Assembly: GCA_032718475.1 (NCBI GenBank)
Contig: JAUCBJ010007649.1
Span: forward strand, 1 to 64,000
Reading direction: 5' to 3'
DNA length: 64,000 nt
DNA from: Nemertoderma westbladi
Taxonomy: Eukaryota > Animalia > Xenacoelomorpha
Below, piece after piece: positions 62,001 to 64,000 of this stretch. The notes below the pieces were generated by a model that searched no databases, was not told where the DNA came from, and saw only the letters and a list, made by a program, of their open reading frames with translations. The translations under genes were made by a program, and so were the position numbers. Numbering within the stretch: the stretch's first letter is position 1; the number at the start of each line of letters is the position of its first letter.

Positions 62001-64000
62001 AGAAAAACTTAGATACCTCATCGAGTGCTTGGAAGGATCTCCTAAGTTAATGGCGTTAAAGTTTATTGGACATCCAGACGGATTAAGACAAGTTTGGGAT
62101 ACACTAAACATCAGGTATGGTAATAGGAATAACATCGCTGGGTATTTGTATGCAAAGTTAGTAGCGCCCCGAAAGTTTATTAGCAGCGGGATTATCGAGT
62201 TTTCCGATGAGATACAGGAGATCTGCAGACAATTAGATTGGCTAGGTAAGTCTCATGAGTATCAGAACACTATGGTTATTAGAGCAGTGGCTTCTACTTT
62301 ACCGAAGGGTGGAGTAGGTACACGCTGGGATAAGAAAGTGTTATATATGATGGAACAACAACGACGAGACCCTACCATGGCTGATCTCATGTCATTCCTA
62401 GATGGAGAAGTGAAATTACAGCTCCTGAAACTGTCCAGAGAGAAGACACCGGAAAACAAGGTAAGTGAAAAACCCGTCTCTAGGAGAAAGGTAACACCAG
62501 TGTGTTATACAGACGACGGCGAAAGCCAGACTTCTCAAGGAGAAGATAGCGGGAAAGACACTGATAGATCTTATTATGTCAATAAAATGCCTAAAGATCA
62601 GGTAAGTAAATTCAAGTCTCGAGCAAATGATCGGAGAGAACAGGTAAGAAAAACTCCTCCCACGTCTCCCAAGAGAATTCCGGTGAGAAAGCCCGAAGAA
62701 AAGGCAAGTGTACACAATGTGACTCAGATTAAGGTGAGTAACATCAAACCAAAATGTGCGCTATGTGATGGGACCCATCGCTTGAATATGTGTGATGAAT
62801 TTCTAAAGAAATCATTAACAGAGAGACGTGAAGTCATGTGGGACAAGCGGTTGTGTTATAATTGCCTCAGACAAGGACATCAACGGCGAACCTGTTACTC
62901 AGACATAAGGTGTGCAAAGTGTGGTGCGAAACATCATATCTTGTTGCACGCTGAATTCGATCGAAATAGTCCTAATCAGGTAAGTGATTCCGAACTACAT
63001 GTCCAATTCAGTGATGTGAACGACACTGATCAATCTGAGATGGAAGGATTCTATACGGACGAGTTCTCCGACGAAAACGAATCCTGTTACATGATAAATA
63101 CCGCAGTGTATCGAGCACTCACATATGAAAAAGATACAGACAGCGACTTCACTCTAACTACTTCTGAGCGACAACCATCGTGGAAAGCACCAACTTCCAA
63201 TGTAGGAATCCGAGAATTTCCTGTAGTCCAGTTACGGGTCCATGGACCTCAGAAAAGCTATATAGTGAACGCCCTCCTGGACTCCGGCAGCACAGGAACA
63301 TTCATTGATAAAGAACTAGCCGAAGACATCTTCGCTGGACAACCTAAGTTCCGAACCAAGCTAAATATGTCAGGCATTATGCAAGTTTGGAAATCTACAG
63401 TAACAGCTGATTATTATGTAGGCGCGTTGTCCACCCCACAAGACGAACTAGGAGAACATAGCATAAGGTCAGTGAAATTGGTGGCTATAAAGAACTTCGC
63501 TACTACTCAAGCAGACCTTTATAATTGGGACGAGGATGAGAGCATCCAACATCTTAAGATACCTCGATTCCAGACTGATTATCCTGGAGTGCAAATACTC
63601 CTCGGCCAAAACGCGCATGAGGCGCTGGAGACATTGGAGAAACGGCCTGCTCAACCGCAGCCACTACAGACCTATGCGGTAAGAACTAGAGTAGGTTGGT
63701 ACTTTACTGGCCCTTCCCGTAGAACACTCAGAGAAAGACTACCGCAAGAGCGCGTCTACCAGGTGAGTGAATGGGAAGATGATACTAGTGAGGGAGACGA
63801 TTTAACTGAGGGAACCCCATACTCCTCAGATAACGACGACGTGCACCAGCTTTTTGATGAGGAGAATACCATCGACCTCCTTAAGGAAAACGAGGCTTGG
63901 CAAAACCAAGTGAACTTATGTCAACTGCTTTATCCAACTGAACGAGAAGCTTATAACGACGAGTTAAATGACGTCATTGAGCGTTGTAATGCCAAGACTC
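56018..64000 (+). mobile_element. Second BEL/Pao LTR retrotransposon, 5' part (putative LTR, long leader, gag-pro); continues beyond window
   Basis: Satellite breaks mid-unit at TGTAAAAG (56018), a plausible LTR start (inferred); about 300-bp direct repeat 57678-57960 / 57967-58245; gag-pro frame downstream. Confidence 0.75.
59569..64000 (+). CDS. BEL/Pao gag-protease polyprotein, one in-frame TAA at 59995-59997, 3'-partial
   Basis: Same frame stays open after the TAA: FNGDEMKWLPF..EKLRYLIECLEG (DUF1759-type, 61921), three zinc knuckles CALCDGTH..C / CYNCLRQGH..C / CAKCGAKHHILLH (62755-62949), NALLDSGS (63268). Absent from the ORF track, apparently because it runs off the window. Confidence 0.9.

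Overview
Repeat-rich animal (invertebrate-like) genomic DNA, not prokaryotic; no CRISPR array. Host genes: single-exon pyrroline-5-carboxylate reductase, single-exon kexin/furin-family convertase, single-exon cytosolic carboxypeptidase (AGBL2/3-like), two-exon proteasome alpha subunit PSMA6 and tRNA-Ser(CGA). Mobile DNA: the right end of a Polinton/Maverick (core-like protein, major capsid, adenain protease, ACTACT terminus), the left end of a second Polinton inserted in a 40-bp satellite, a decayed RTE-like LINE, two BEL/Pao LTR elements, three non-autonomous TIR elements with TSDs, and several unrelated tandem arrays. Most unusual: (1) a tRNA-like Pol III unit with a hammerhead ribozyme core in place of the anticodon loop (13974-14069, minus); (2) a truncated Polinton capped by a G-rich 9/12-mer array that folds back on itself; (3) a PSMA6 intron whose 3' splice site is amplified into about 20 non-productive copies; (4) tandem arrays 200-400 bp downstream of most genes; (5) a P-element-type excision footprint. 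All calls are by-eye motif recognition; no searches or folding programs were run, and copy numbers are approximate.
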